Source: Parasitella parasitica NRRL 2501
Taxonomy: Eukaryota; Fungi; Mucoromycota
Length of the DNA: 64,000 nucleotides
Reading direction: 5' to 3'
Assembly: GCA_025201805.1 (NCBI GenBank)
Contig: MU619307.1
Span: 1-64,000, forward strand
Shown here: positions 10,963 through 24,422 of the stretch, piece by piece
Layout of the letters: each line of letters opens with the position of its first letter
Numbering within the stretch: position 1 is the stretch's first letter
Notes under the pieces: model-generated
Database searches by the model: none
Told to the model about the DNA's origin: nothing
Seen by the model: the letters and a program-made list of their open reading frames with translations, nothing else
Position numbers and translations under genes: made by a program

Positions 10963-12822
10963 GAGCATCTCCAACAGGGATGCTAAACAAAAAGCCCGAA
11001 AATTTGTTGTCTGCTTTTTTGGAAGTGCTAATTTAACTTGATCAAGGTTCTCCTCCACAAACCCTCCCTCAAACCATTACTACTACTCATCATTGCCTTT
11101 ACTGAAGTATGGAAGGCTCATTGGTGGTTCATCTTTGATGCAACCTCTCTAACATCCAATTCCCTCCTTTTATCCTTCCGCCGCTCAGTTCTCAAAATGC
11201 AATCAGAGGATATTCTGTTTTCATCTTCTGGGAAATTGACACAGTTTTAGATACATTTTATATTCTTTTCTCCCTTCTCCTCGCTCCAGTATAATTACCC
11301 TTATCATATTTTCACATTGTTGAGCACCGCTTCTGATGGTCCGCAAGTCCATCTTTACTTGCAACAAATAAAACTAATTGAAAAACATTTATCCAGTTCA
11401 AATAACGCAAAATAATAAATCACTGTCAGGTCATATGACATTATTCAAAGTATATATTCCTGCTGAATCAGTGGATGAGTACATCCGTATTGGCGAGTCT
11501 ACTGAAATCGCTAGCCTGCAGAATTTTTGTCGAGCCATTGTAGGCAAGTACGAAGCAGAATATCTTCGCAAGCCTAAAGTTGATGATATTCGACAATTGT
11601 AGGCCAAGGCTGAAGAAAGAAACTTTCCTGGATGCTTGGATCTTCGGATTGTATGCATTGGACGTGGAAGAATTGTCCAATACATGGCATGGGGCCTACT
11701 GTGGCAAGGAGAAAGTCGCCACCGTAATCCTAGAAGCTGTTGCTTTTTATTATTTATGGATCTGGCATGCTTTTTTGGCCTCCGAGGCACTCTTAATGAC
11801 ATTAATGTCCTCGATCGTTCTCCTTTGTTTGCATCTGCACAGAATGGTTTAGGTCCTTCTACCAGCTTCAGAGTTAATGGTTGCCAATATGAGTTTGGAT
11901 ACTATTTGGTAGATGGCATTTACCTAAACTATGTTACTTTGATTTCTGCCATTGCTAAGCCTTTTGCTCAGAAAGAAAAAGTAATTAATTATAACGCACA
12001 TGTGTACATAATCTAAACTAATACATGCTCAAATATTGATTATGTATACCTAGTTGTTCACCAAAGCTCAGGAGAGTTACCGCAAAGATGTTGAAAGAGC
12101 CTTTGGTGATCTACAAGCTCGCTGGAACATTGTAGCCGGCCCTGCAAGACAATGGTCTCTTATTGATCTTGATTTCATAATGAAGACTTGTATCATATTG
12201 CACAGTGTGATTGTAGAGAATGAACGGGATGAAGGTGATCTTGGTAACAATTACTATATTGAGCCTGCCTCAAAAACCGGAAGGGGACCGCCTACCAAGA
12301 GCGATGCGCTCAGAGATTTCGTTTCTAGATACGATCGTATCAGACATGCTGGTGTCCATAGTCGTCTTCAAAAAGATATTGCTGATCATCTTTGGGAAAA
12401 TCATGGGATACATTAAGGAAACAGAACTGTATATTTGTAATAAATTAAATATACATTACACATATACTGACAAGATTTGAACGAAATGAATCATTGATTT
12501 TTATTGAATGTCATTGTTGTCTTTTTCCTTTTTGAAATTCAATGAAAACCAATATTTTGTCTCATACAGTGTCAAGAAACCGCGACATAATGGCTGCAAA
12601 AAAACATCATCATCATATTTTTACATGCAGCAAGAAACAATGACACTCGTCTTTTACCACTCCAGCGTTCTGAATCAAAAGAATAATTGCAAGCATTGTG
12701 TGTCATCGATATTACTCTTTGATACGCCATGGGTATTCGGTTTATCATATGCACCATTACAGGTGAGTACCAATTTTCTTATGGAAATTTTGTAAAATTA
12801 GCATCTCGGTTGGAGATGCTCT
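10962..12822 (+). mobile_element. PIF/Harbinger DNA transposon, defective copy, about 1.86 kb
   Basis: TIRs AGAGCATCTCCAACaggGATGCTAA (10962-10986) and the inverse at 12798-12822; flanks TTA and TGA (imperfect TWA-type TSD); transposase remnant inside. Confidence 0.92.
11450..12416 (+). pseudogene. Harbinger/PIF DDE transposase (plant-transposon-protein type), disrupted
   Basis: YIRIGEST...YLRKP, stop at 11600, FPG-MLGSSDCMHWTWKNCP, LEAVA...WIWHAF, NDINVL, YYLVDGIY, RKDVERAFG, CIILH; three frameshifts; intron 11981-12053; N-terminus missing. Confidence 0.9.
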
Positions 12823-13809
12823 TGATTGATACAAATGTGGGGTGAGTAACTGGCTTGTATCTATATACTACACTCGTCTAGTCTCATTTCCACAATGAAC
12901 AGATGCTTGCTTTTTACATGATATGACTATACACTTTTTCAAGTATTAACGCTCTTGTTGTTTAAACCATTATTAAAATCAGTAGGGCCATTATCATATT
13001 AAATATCAAAGGTCTCCCGAATGTTGGAAGCAGTTTGGCAGACACATCTTACGGATGGAAGGAATACATGGCCTCAAAAAGTGAAAACAGTAATACATAC
13101 AAAATAAATGCATTACGCGCACATTTACTTGTTGTAGTCCATTTATGCGTCATGTTTCCTTTTTTTTTTTTTTGAAGATGCATGAACGCTTTGAACAGCT
13201 GATTTGCATATACATGCCATGGCATCTGTCTTTTGTTTTATTTATCGTTGCAAGATACTGGTAAAGAAGATGCCACATTCATCTATTGGTAGAGTGTAAC
13301 TTGTTCACCTGGCGCTTTTAATCAATACGTCTTCTTTCTTTTTTTTGGAGATAGAGCCAAGTGGAGCAGTTTTATCGCAATGGCTCTAAATGTGTCTGAA
13401 AAAAAGAGTAAATGGCTTGACATAGCGATTGAAAGCAGAAAGGTCTTCATATATCACAGTATTTATGGTTCATGCTGCATCTTGTACCTGGAATCCAGAA
13501 ATGTCTATGCAGTGGCTCTCGAATTAGTCTACGGCCCACACCAAATCTTGCAAACCGCTCTAGATAGATTCAATTTCAGTCAAATTGCTCGGTTTTCTCA
13601 CGAAAGAGTATATTAGAAAATTTTGGAATCCGAGTGGTTGGTTTGCAGTGATATTGTCACACGCTAGCAAAGAAAAATAGGCACCACATATATCATTCAG
13701 ACACGCAGCAAATGAGGATTACAGGGTTGAATAAGGTTTACTGATTTAATTCGAATATTCGCCGAAAAACGGCTCAAAAATGTGGGGGGGGGGGTATATG
13801 CATTTTTGC

Positions 13810-15408
13810 TTAAAGTGGGCATAGCGGTGTCAATCCTTTGCCAAAATCAATAACCATGATGCGCCTCTCTTGTCCAGAGCTAGCAATGTTTTAGTTTAAA
13901 GACAGCACACACATATACAAAGCAATATAATTACCTAACAATGCGCGTTCCACTCGACAATACATGGTAAATCCAGTTGGAATGACCGCTTTGAAAGCTT
14001 AAAAGACAAGCGCCTGTGTTTGCGTCCCATACTTTGACGGTGCGGTCATAGCTGCCGCTGATGATCTTTCCCTCGATATAGTCCAAAGATCTAATCATCC
14101 CAACATGGCCAACCAAGGTGCTGATGCATTCTCCACTTTCCACATCCCATACTTTGATCTTGCCTTCCAGCCCTCCGCTGTAAAGATGCTTCCCATTATA
14201 TCGCGCACAGGCTAGTCCTAGGTTGTGTCCCTGCATTGTTCTGATACATTCGCCTGTGGAAATATTCCACAGTTTCATAGTTGCGTCTCCTGACACTGAC
14301 ACAACGCGATCCTCACCTACTGCTTCAACTGCATTTACAGAGTTGGAATGGCCCACCATTTGCAGTAGTTCCTGGCCAGTCTCTTGGCTCCATACCCGCA
14401 AGGTGGAATCTTTCGACGCTGTAACTATACGCTTGCCACTGACAAAACACACATCAAGCACACTATGTTCATGGCCGCGAAGCTTGCGAATTGGCACTAA
14501 ATCAGGCAAAGACCATACTGCGCAGGTAGAATCAGAGGATCCAGTCAACAGAATGGAACGGTCCTTACTCACACATATACATAGTATGCTGCCTTCATGC
14601 TCGTTCTCTACCGTACGAATACACCGGCTTGCGTTGACGTCCCACACCTTGAGCGTCTTGTCTCTGCTGCCACTGACAAGGGTGTCCTGATCTATCCATG
14701 CTAGACAGTAGACACTATCTGAATGTCCCTGTAAAAAGCGGGTGCTTACTTTCCCCGTTAACCAGCGATGTCCTAGTTTAAGGTGATTTTGATAGAGTTT
14801 CAAATTGGTGCAAGGTGTAACAATAGATTTTGCTCTTTTGCCAATTATAGCTATGGTATTGTTAGCGGCGGTATTAGGCAGCGATGGGGTTGGTGGTGGC
14901 ACTGATTGAAAATCGGCATACAAGAGCTTTCGCCATAAATTATCATCGTGGCAAAGTGAATACATTTGTTTGCAAGTGCGAGCTAGTTTCTGCGCAGAGA
15001 CGTAATCCAAATAAAATATAATGCTGGACAGGAGTTCGTACGGCAGTGAAACGAGAGCTGTTTCTAAGTCCATGGTTGATTAGTCAAGTGATATCGAGGC
15101 GTGCATAGTAGCTTACTTGGTTCGTTCAGACTAGCAGCCTGTGAGTTGCTATTGTTAGACGCACGGCGACGGCTGAAAGATTCACGACGCACTCGAAATT
15201 TAGGTAAAATGCGTGTTGAAGACACAAACAACTTTCTTCTCAGCAATGTATTATATTGTGGATTCAGACACTTTGTTTTTGCAGTAATTCCGTCTTTTTG
15301 TGGTGAAATTGCAATGTAGGTGGGAACATGGGATGCTGAATCATTCACATCAATCAATCTCTTTTGGTTTTCTGAAGCATTGGAGGGAAACATGAGCGCA
15401 TAGGCCAT
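13810..15408 (-). CDS. F-box/WD40 repeat protein (SCF substrate receptor), 3 exons
   Basis: F-box LPYELLSSIIFYLD...DDNLWR and about 7 GH..WD repeats; intron 15064-15116 joins an upstream exon in frame; short last exon ends TAA at 13810. Confidence 0.9.
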
Positions 15409-16177
15409 TATGCTTAAGAAATTTGTAAAAGTAAAAGGAAAAAGAGGTTGAATGATATTAGTAATTCTAGTATTCATATACAGCATAAAATATCAAATGT
15501 GTGTGAACGTGTCTAATATTGCTGTGTGGGTCCAACGCAGGGATCAAGGGATCCGATCTCAAGATGATTAATGTTTATTGACCGAGTTTAAGGCACCGAG
15601 AACCTTACTACATACACTAATGAGCCCCCACCCCCCACATTACCCCGCAACTTGGTCGAATTTATTAGCCTTTTAGCTTGTGCTGTGTTACCTTGATCTG
15701 CATTCTGAATGGTTAAATTAGATAATTGTAAATCGTGGAAGAAAATCATTTGTATAGGGTACGGAAATCGAATGAAAGATATGTTTTTTTTAAAAAAAAA
15801 ATATTAGTGACATCAAGTGTGAATTACTACATGGTTGGTTAAGTGTAAATTGGAGATGATCTGCAGAGACGAGCAATGCCTCCAAATAATGGCTTATCGA
15901 TGTCTTGCCTTGAGGACAACAAACATCCATGCCAACAACAGCACTTGGATGTCCTTTTTTTTTTAAAGCCAATTGTCTTGGAAGGAGCTATACAATTAGA
16001 CGAGACTTTAGTTTTGTCAGCTATCAAACCAACTAGAGATGAAAAGCAGTGGATCATTTTCAATATTATTACACAGCCAGACCCCAAGTATGACTTTTGT
16101 AGCCTTATTAAGACGCCCGGCTTATAAAATCAATGTTGCTTTATATTTTGTACAGCTTTCAAGTTTATTATTCAAGT

Positions 16178-17529
16178 CTACTCTCTTTCCCATACAGCAG
16201 CCATACCCATTCCAGACCCAATGCACATGCTTGTAACTCCCAAGCGCTTGTTTTGGCGTTTCAATTCTGGAAACAATGTAGCTACTTGACGGGATCCGGT
16301 ACAACCCAGGGGATGGCCAAAAGCAATTGCACCTCCATTGGGATTCACCTTGTCATCAGGAATCTCAAGTACCTTGACTGTATAGATGGCTTGGGATGCA
16401 AAAGCTTCGTTGATTTCGTAAATGTCAATGTCCGACAACTTCAAACCAGCACGCTCAACAGCAACAGGGATAGCATAGGCGGGACCAACTCCCATAACAC
16501 GGGGTGGCACACCAACCGAAGCAGAGGTCACGTACTTGCCAAGGATGGGCAAGTTCATCTTTTGTGCAGTCTTGCGTTTCATCAACAGAACGGCAGCAGC
16601 GCCGTCTGATATTTGCGACGCATTGCCAGCAGTAGTTGTGCCATTCTCACCAAAAGCAGCTCTGATCTTACCAAGAATTTCCACAGTAGAGTCGGGTCGA
16701 ATACCGTCATCCTCAGCGACAACAGTTTGCTTGTGATTGCCATCCTTGTCGATCGACGTAACAATGCAAGGGATGATCTCTTCTTTAAAGCGGCCTGCTT
16801 GCTGTGCGGCATGCGCCTTTTTGTGCGATTCAACAGAAAAGCGATCTTGCTCTTCGCGAGTAATACCGTACTCTAGCGCAACATTCTCAGATGTATAGCC
16901 CATTGGAACTTGGCAATCTGCAACACAAGGTACGACTGATAATTTGTCAGAGTAAGGAGTACGACGATTGAAATAATCGGCTGTCATGGATTCTACACCA
17001 GCACCAATTCCAATTTCGATAAGGCCACATTGAATAGCAGAAGCAATCTGTACGCAGGCTTGGAGACCAGACGAGCACTGGCGGTGCAACGTGCTGACTG
17101 CAGTTGTCTCAGGAAATCCAGCAGCAAGTGCGGCCATTCTGAAGGTACAAATACAAGGCGTTGGCTCGTGGCTACACTGATGTCCATGCTAAGCTTACCT
17201 TGATGGAGTGGCTAATCCGCCCTCGGCACACACGTTACCCACAGTAATGTCTTGAACTAGTGCAGGATCAATGCCAGTTCTTTCAATAGTAGCTTTGAAT
17301 ACATTCATCAAGAGTTCTACATGAGTGTCAGGCGATGGTATCATTTGCTACACAACACTGTAAACTTACCGTCGGCAAGCACGTCTTTGAATCCGCCTTT
17401 TTTTCCTCTTGTAAGAGCAGTTCGAAGTGCAGATACAACAACAACATCTTCTGGAGATTTGACTCCAACACGTGTGAGTTGCGAGTCGGCTAATGTTGGA
17501 AGTGAGATAGGATAAGGCAGAGCAACCAT
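16178..17529 (-). CDS. 3-ketoacyl-CoA thiolase (POT1/FOX3 type), 3 exons
   Basis: DVVVVSALRT, RQCSSGLQA (catalytic Cys), EINEAFASQ, NPNGGAIAFGHPLGCTG, MCIGSGMGMA. Confidence 0.95.
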
Positions 17530-19422
17530 TTGAGACAGCGTAGAGCGTAGACGATAAAAAGAGATTGTCTGGATACTGGAGCCTTGCTATTTATATACCA
17601 ACATCGATCAAGCTTATTTAATTTGCATTAGTAAAATTGTATACTATACGTTCTTCCGGAATTCCCAAGGCAACTCTAGTGTGACCAAATCATATATTCT
17701 TTGAGGTGAATATCATGTAAATTGTATACAAGTGCATGCTTAATCAAAGCTTGAAATTATTTGTACGTCGTCTGTTGATATGAATTCTCGATTTGCATAT
17801 ATATCTAGCAATGTCTACATCTATGCAAATCTATAGTTCCGGCCAATAAGAACGGATCTCTTATAATTCATGATATCTGCTCTTGATGTATACCCCTCAA
17901 TAATATATACAATATGGGAAACTTTATAGTCAACTAACTTGCATATGTACCAATGTCATACTGTTGCTAGTTTGATGTATAATTACTTGTAATCTTGGGA
18001 GGAGCTTAAGTTCGTATCGGATTATTTTCCGTGCAAATTGGCTCCGCAAGCCAAGGCCATGGGTAAACTACGATACAAGTTTTCACATGAATAGTGCATA
18101 TTAGTAACGATGTTTAATACAAGATAATTCAGTTGGTCGAATACATTTATATGTAGGTCTATTTATTGATATTTTGCAATCAAGAGCAATGTGGGGGGGG
18201 GTAGCTGCTTCAGCTGAATTTACAAGCATACCTTGTTTTTGTTCAATAGGACAGAATGGGGAATAATGAAGCGAATGCGCCACGTTCCGTTTGGACGCCC
18301 GGAAATGGGCCTTGTTTACACCAGCGACTCACGACAGATCCATACGGCGAGACAATCTGGAATATTGGCTCCTCAATCTGGTAGATGATATTGGCACTGT
18401 CATTTAAAATTAACTTTCAAATAAAGAATTTTCTGGGAGCCACGACCTTCTAGAAGACACAGAACTGCAGCAGTAAAACATACCGATTCATCGTTTGGGT
18501 TAAAAAGCTCTCACAACTGCTTTGCTGGAACACAATAGAAATTTTTCAGCTCCAGAAACATAAAGATAGGCACATTCTTCAAAAAAGGTATCACTGACTG
18601 GAGTTGGGCATTGTAGTTGTATGCATTTGATACTTGCATCTCTTGGCGAAAAGGAATAATCGTAGAATGCATATCAAATAAACCGGCGTTTGTAGTGAAT
18701 TTCTGATAGGCGTGGTAAAGGGATGAATTCCAAATACTCTAATTTTTGAACTGACAGTTCATAAGCAGCCCTTTCAGTCTGTCATTTCAAGCCCACAGTA
18801 GGTGGCAAATCCAAAGATAAGGTTTTTAGGTTGGCGAATCCTGTTGTTAAACTTATATCGTCGCATGGAATTTTATGGTCCTTAACAGCTCTTCGTTGCC
18901 AAAACGTCTGAACATAGCAACTGCGTTTTTATTGATTGGTAATAGCCCAATTCCTACACACAAGTGCGCATTCAAATTTGCCCTCAAAACCTTATTTATT
19001 TGTAGAGTTTCTATAGACATTAAATCCACAATAGTTTAATACAAAATGGAATCATCGTCTGGTTTTTACCTTTCTTGCGCCTCCAATGAGAATATGCTTT
19101 GATATCGAAAGTGGTGGTAACAATTAATAAAGATGGAAATATTGCTATTTGCGAAATCAATGAACAGCACCATGATTGAAAGTTTTCTAATAAAGTTAAA
19201 TTCTCATTTCGCAATGCAGATTGTTGTAGAAATCATTATTTTTACAAGAAAGCACGTTACAAAGAGGCTCAAGAAAATTATATTTCATTTCACATAGATA
19301 CAATGTGTCAAAAGTTTACAAGTTCAAGTCAGAGAAGCTCTTTTATAAATGAATTCACTGACATGTATCATTACTTTGCTTCATATAGACAAAAGATTAG
19401 TTGGCAAATATTTCCTCTCTGA

Positions 19423-20523
<1,101 letters not shown>

Positions 20524-20670
20524 ACATCATTATCCGGGATAATGTATTACACGGAAATGTTGCAGAGGGGAGGGGGGCAGCGATGCGGAGAGTCTCAATG
20601 AAATATGGGGAAACTATGTCGATAATATATTTTACCATTTCTCATCATGTCATGTCACTCCTTTTCCTCT

Positions 20671-20720
20671 TTCTCTCTCTCTCTCTCTTACTCTCTCTTA
20701 CTCTCTCTCTTTCTTTCTCT
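20671..20720. repeat. (CT)n microsatellite
   Basis: Imperfect CT dinucleotide run. Confidence 0.9.
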
Positions 20721-20758
20721 TTATAAGCACAATTGCACTGAAGCCAGTCGTCAGAAAA

Positions 20759-22284
20759 ATGGAGAAAGAAAATGAGCCATCCGCTATTCTTGATATAAAC
20801 ACTGAAAACGAGCATTTTAGTATGATCAATGATCAGTTGCCTTCTAATAAACGAGATCGACGTCAAGATTATCGTTCACCCTTACTACAAACATCAATTA
20901 GACATGACACAGAGCACTTATTGCGCGGCAATGACAGTGATTCCGATGAAGATTTGGCTGCTCCGCCGATGATGACATCTAGAAAAAGTAGAAAATGCTT
21001 GATTGCTAACAAGGGCAAATATTGCTGTTGCTTCCATACCAGAAAAATATGTTTGTTTGTATGCTTAATAGCATTTATTGTGCTTCTAGCGTCGTTTGGC
21101 ATTTTTTCTTCGGTGTATTTCTCCCCTGTTTCTTTACCCAACATTCCTACAACACATAGCAATCATCGAGATGCTGTTGCTGATGCGTACATACCATCGA
21201 CTGTACATCCTCGTTTATTGACCTTCAACATGTTTATGCGACCACCAGGTGTGAAAAATAACGAAAACGATTTCAAAGACGAACGACTTGATTACATAAT
21301 CAAGCACGTACTACCATTGCACGACATCATTACCATTCAAGAAGCCTTTGCATACGCTAATAGACGCATCGACAAGCTGCTGGTAGCTGCATTCGATCAA
21401 GGCTTCTATTTTCATGTCGAATCACCCAGGCACTACCCTTGGGATCTTGGAGGTGACGGCGGGTTATTGATACTATCAAGATACCCCATCAAGAAGGCTG
21501 ACCGGATTGAATTTTCCCGTGGAGTCCATGCAGATTGGTATGTGGTTGTTACACTTGGACATTGTCACCAGAAAACCTACCTTTGACATATAGGTTATCC
21601 TTCAAGGGCGCACTTCATGCTTTGATTGAGCTAGACAAAGATCAGTTTATCCATGTATATACGACACACACTCAGGCATCTTACGACAATGGCGGTATAT
21701 TGAATTTGGATGACACCAAAGTGAGACTGAGCCAATTTGCAAAAGTTCATCAGTTCATACAAGAAACTGCTCAGAACGATACGTTTCCAATCTTACTAAT
21801 GGGCGACTTGAACGTAGATGCCGCTATCCATAATGGGTCTTTACCTGATGTGCCTTCATATGAAAGCTCTTTGGCGTATACCATGATGATGGATGTTTTG
21901 ACGGGCAAAGGAACCAACTTGACGCTCATTGGCGGTGGCACTAGCACACCTAGTGAATTATCCTACACTAGCCCATGGCGCCTTGATAATCTGACTGACG
22001 TGCCTCACAAGATATTTGGTTATCATCCTGTTACATTTGGTGACTATAGAAGATCGCCAAATGGGATATTACTTCCAGCAGAGACTATTTTGACTAGCCA
22101 TAACCAACTACTGACAGTACAGAGCATTGATAGATTGCTGTGGGCGGGCGACAGGGGTCAAGGTCATACCATGAACTTTTCAAACATTAATATCGAGCAC
22201 TTTTTTGTAGACAAAAATATGTCTTATCCATTTACGCAGATTTCAGATCATTACGGCATCAGCGCTATTTTGAACATCAAATAA
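20759..22284 (+). CDS. Membrane-anchored EEP-family phosphodiesterase, neutral sphingomyelinase/Isc1-like (intron 21538-21592)
   Basis: Transmembrane helix, then LLTFN, IQEAF, GGLLILSRYP, TTHTQA, MGDLN, SIDR, SDHYG. Confidence 0.88.
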
Positions 22285-22300
22285 AAAGCAGCTGTTTATT

Positions 22301-23452
22301 TTATCTTAATCCCACCGCTTTATGCACTTGTTCCATAGTATCTTTGGCTACTTGATCCGCTCTCAAGGCGCCATCGTTTAGCACTTGAACCAGATAGCCT
22401 TTGTCTGCTTGTAATTTAAGCAGCTCTGATTGAATCGGCTGCAGTCTAGTGATGATCGACTCGGATACTCTATTTTTAAACTCTTTTGTGCTGGTAATAT
22501 CCGAGCATTCTTTAACTGCTTCGTGGACACCGACGTCTCTCATGGCTGCATAGATTCCTAACAAATTGGACACCCCAGGGCGCTCAATTGGGTCGTATGT
22601 CACCCCCCGAATGCCATCAGTTGTCGCTTTGGAAATCTTGGCCCTGATAGTGTTTGGCGAGTCAACTAGATTAAGTCTAGAATAATCCGAGGAGTCTGAT
22701 TTCGACATTTTGCTAGCAGGATCTCGCAAAGACATAACCCGTTTTGTTGCCGGTGGAATAATCGCCTCTGGTTTGGGAAAAGTGTATCCGAATGTCTTGT
22801 TGAACAATGCAGCGATATCTCTTGCCAATTCTAAATGCTGCATCTGATCCTCTCCAACCGGCACATGTGTGCCTTTATACAGTAGAATATCCGCTGCTTG
22901 TAATACAGGATAGTCAAACAGCCCCATTTTGAGGCCAGATGTCAGGGTCTCATCTGTCAATGACTGAGCATGAGATCCGCTTATTTTCTCCATTTTGCTT
23001 TTCCATTGTGTCATGCGTCCTAGCCACCCAACAGGTGTAATACAATTGAAAATCCAAGCCAATTCCGCATGGGACTTGACTCGACTCTGCTCAAAGAGAA
23101 TGGAACGTTTAGGGTCGATACCACAGGCTAATAGCGTTGCTGCCACGTCCAATTTGGCCTGTCTTAAACTGGCTGGATCTTGAGGCATTGTAATTGCATG
23201 TAGATCAACAATGCTGTAGTAATTTAATGGCAACTCGCCAGTGGTAGCGTCTGCTTCTTGCAAACGTGTCCAGTTGGCTAGAGCGCCGAGATAGTTACCA
23301 AGGTGAGGTGTTCCGGTTGGTTGTATACCGGAAAAGACACGACGAGCCTTTCTTACCGACTGCGTTGAAACTGTACGCTACATTGGGTAGTTGTTGATGG
23401 AACAATTATAGTAAGGGTCATCAATATTCATTACCTTGACCAAAGTATTCAT
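22301..23452 (-). CDS. MSW1: Tryptophanyl-tRNA synthetase, mitochondrial type, 2 exons
   Basis: FSGIQPTGTPHLGNYLG (upstream of the listed ORF), DLHAIT, YPVLQAADIL, VPVGEDQ, KMSKS. Confidence 0.95.
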
Positions 23453-24248
23453 GATGCAAAAAGCAGAAAATAAGAGACATTTGACAAGGCGACATTTTAA
23501 ATGCTGGGGTGGGTGGCATTACAGTTCGAGATCAACGACTGTTACACGACCTTTTATTAAGGCGCTCAGTTGGCGCTGATAATAGAGAGCAGCAGATGTA
23601 GCTTGAGCTTGGCCATTTTGTATACCCAAAATGCTTTTGCTTTGTTGCAATATACTACATAAAATGGAAGCATCAGGAGAATTAGAATAATGAACGCGTT
23701 ACTCTGGATAGTTGCCGTTAAACAAGACAAGGCATGCCATAAAAGGAGCTGTTCGTTTTTTTTTTCTCCTCTTTTCATGATTGTTTAGTACTTGTACAAT
23801 GGCTCTTTGTAAAAAAAAAAGATCAACGTATAGCACAATGGTTTGCATATAAAGGGGTCCATTAAATACACATCAGCAAATATTGGCAGCTTGAACCACA
23901 CATTCTCGTAAATTAACAAGCTCGGCTTTTTTTTACAATCGTCTACATTGTTGCAAGTTCAACTTTGAATGTCCAGGATATCTCAGTCCAGAGATGATAT
24001 TGTTTGATTGTGGGTCGCCATTATACAAGAGATTCAAGTAATCCATGCAATTGAGAGCAACAACTAGTACCAAATGAAAGAAATCCAAAGTCTCAAACTA
24101 TGTCCGCATGATGGGTCCATTATGCCTTTATTGTGCAAATTTCTTCGGAATCAGCGGATGGGGGATAATTGTTTCTATTTGCATATAAATACTCAAGTCA
24201 TTCTAAGCATTTTTATAATACACATAAGAATAAACCTTTAAAATCATC

Positions 24249-24422
24249 ATGCCAACTTCAAACACTCAAAAACCCAGAAGCGACAAGATAAGGATCTTAC
24301 AACCAATAAAAGCAAATACAAAAGAATGCTTTCTTGACAAACTGGTTCAAAATGGGGAGTCTTTCACATTAAAGCTAGCGCCAGTTCAGAAACCAAAAAA
24401 GTCTAAATGCATTATACTTTGA
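24249..24422 (+). CDS. 57-aa microprotein with polybasic C-terminus and CaaX box (CIIL)
   Basis: MPTSNTQKPRSDKIRILQPIKANTKECFLDKLVQNGESFTLKLAPVQKPKKSKCIIL*; TATAAATA about 60 nt upstream, AAAATCATCATG start context, AATAAA about 15 nt after the stop. Confidence 0.65.
   Translation: MPTSNTQKPRSDKIRILQPIKANTKECFLDKLVQNGESFTLKLAPVQKPKKSKCIIL

Noticed and set aside
13549-13647. TGCAAACC...GGTTTGCA inverted repeat
   Set aside because: Only 8 bp, plausible by chance; no TSD.
18280-18960. Protein-like fragments between the thiolase and HEM2 genes
   Set aside because: Multiple stops and no recognisable family.
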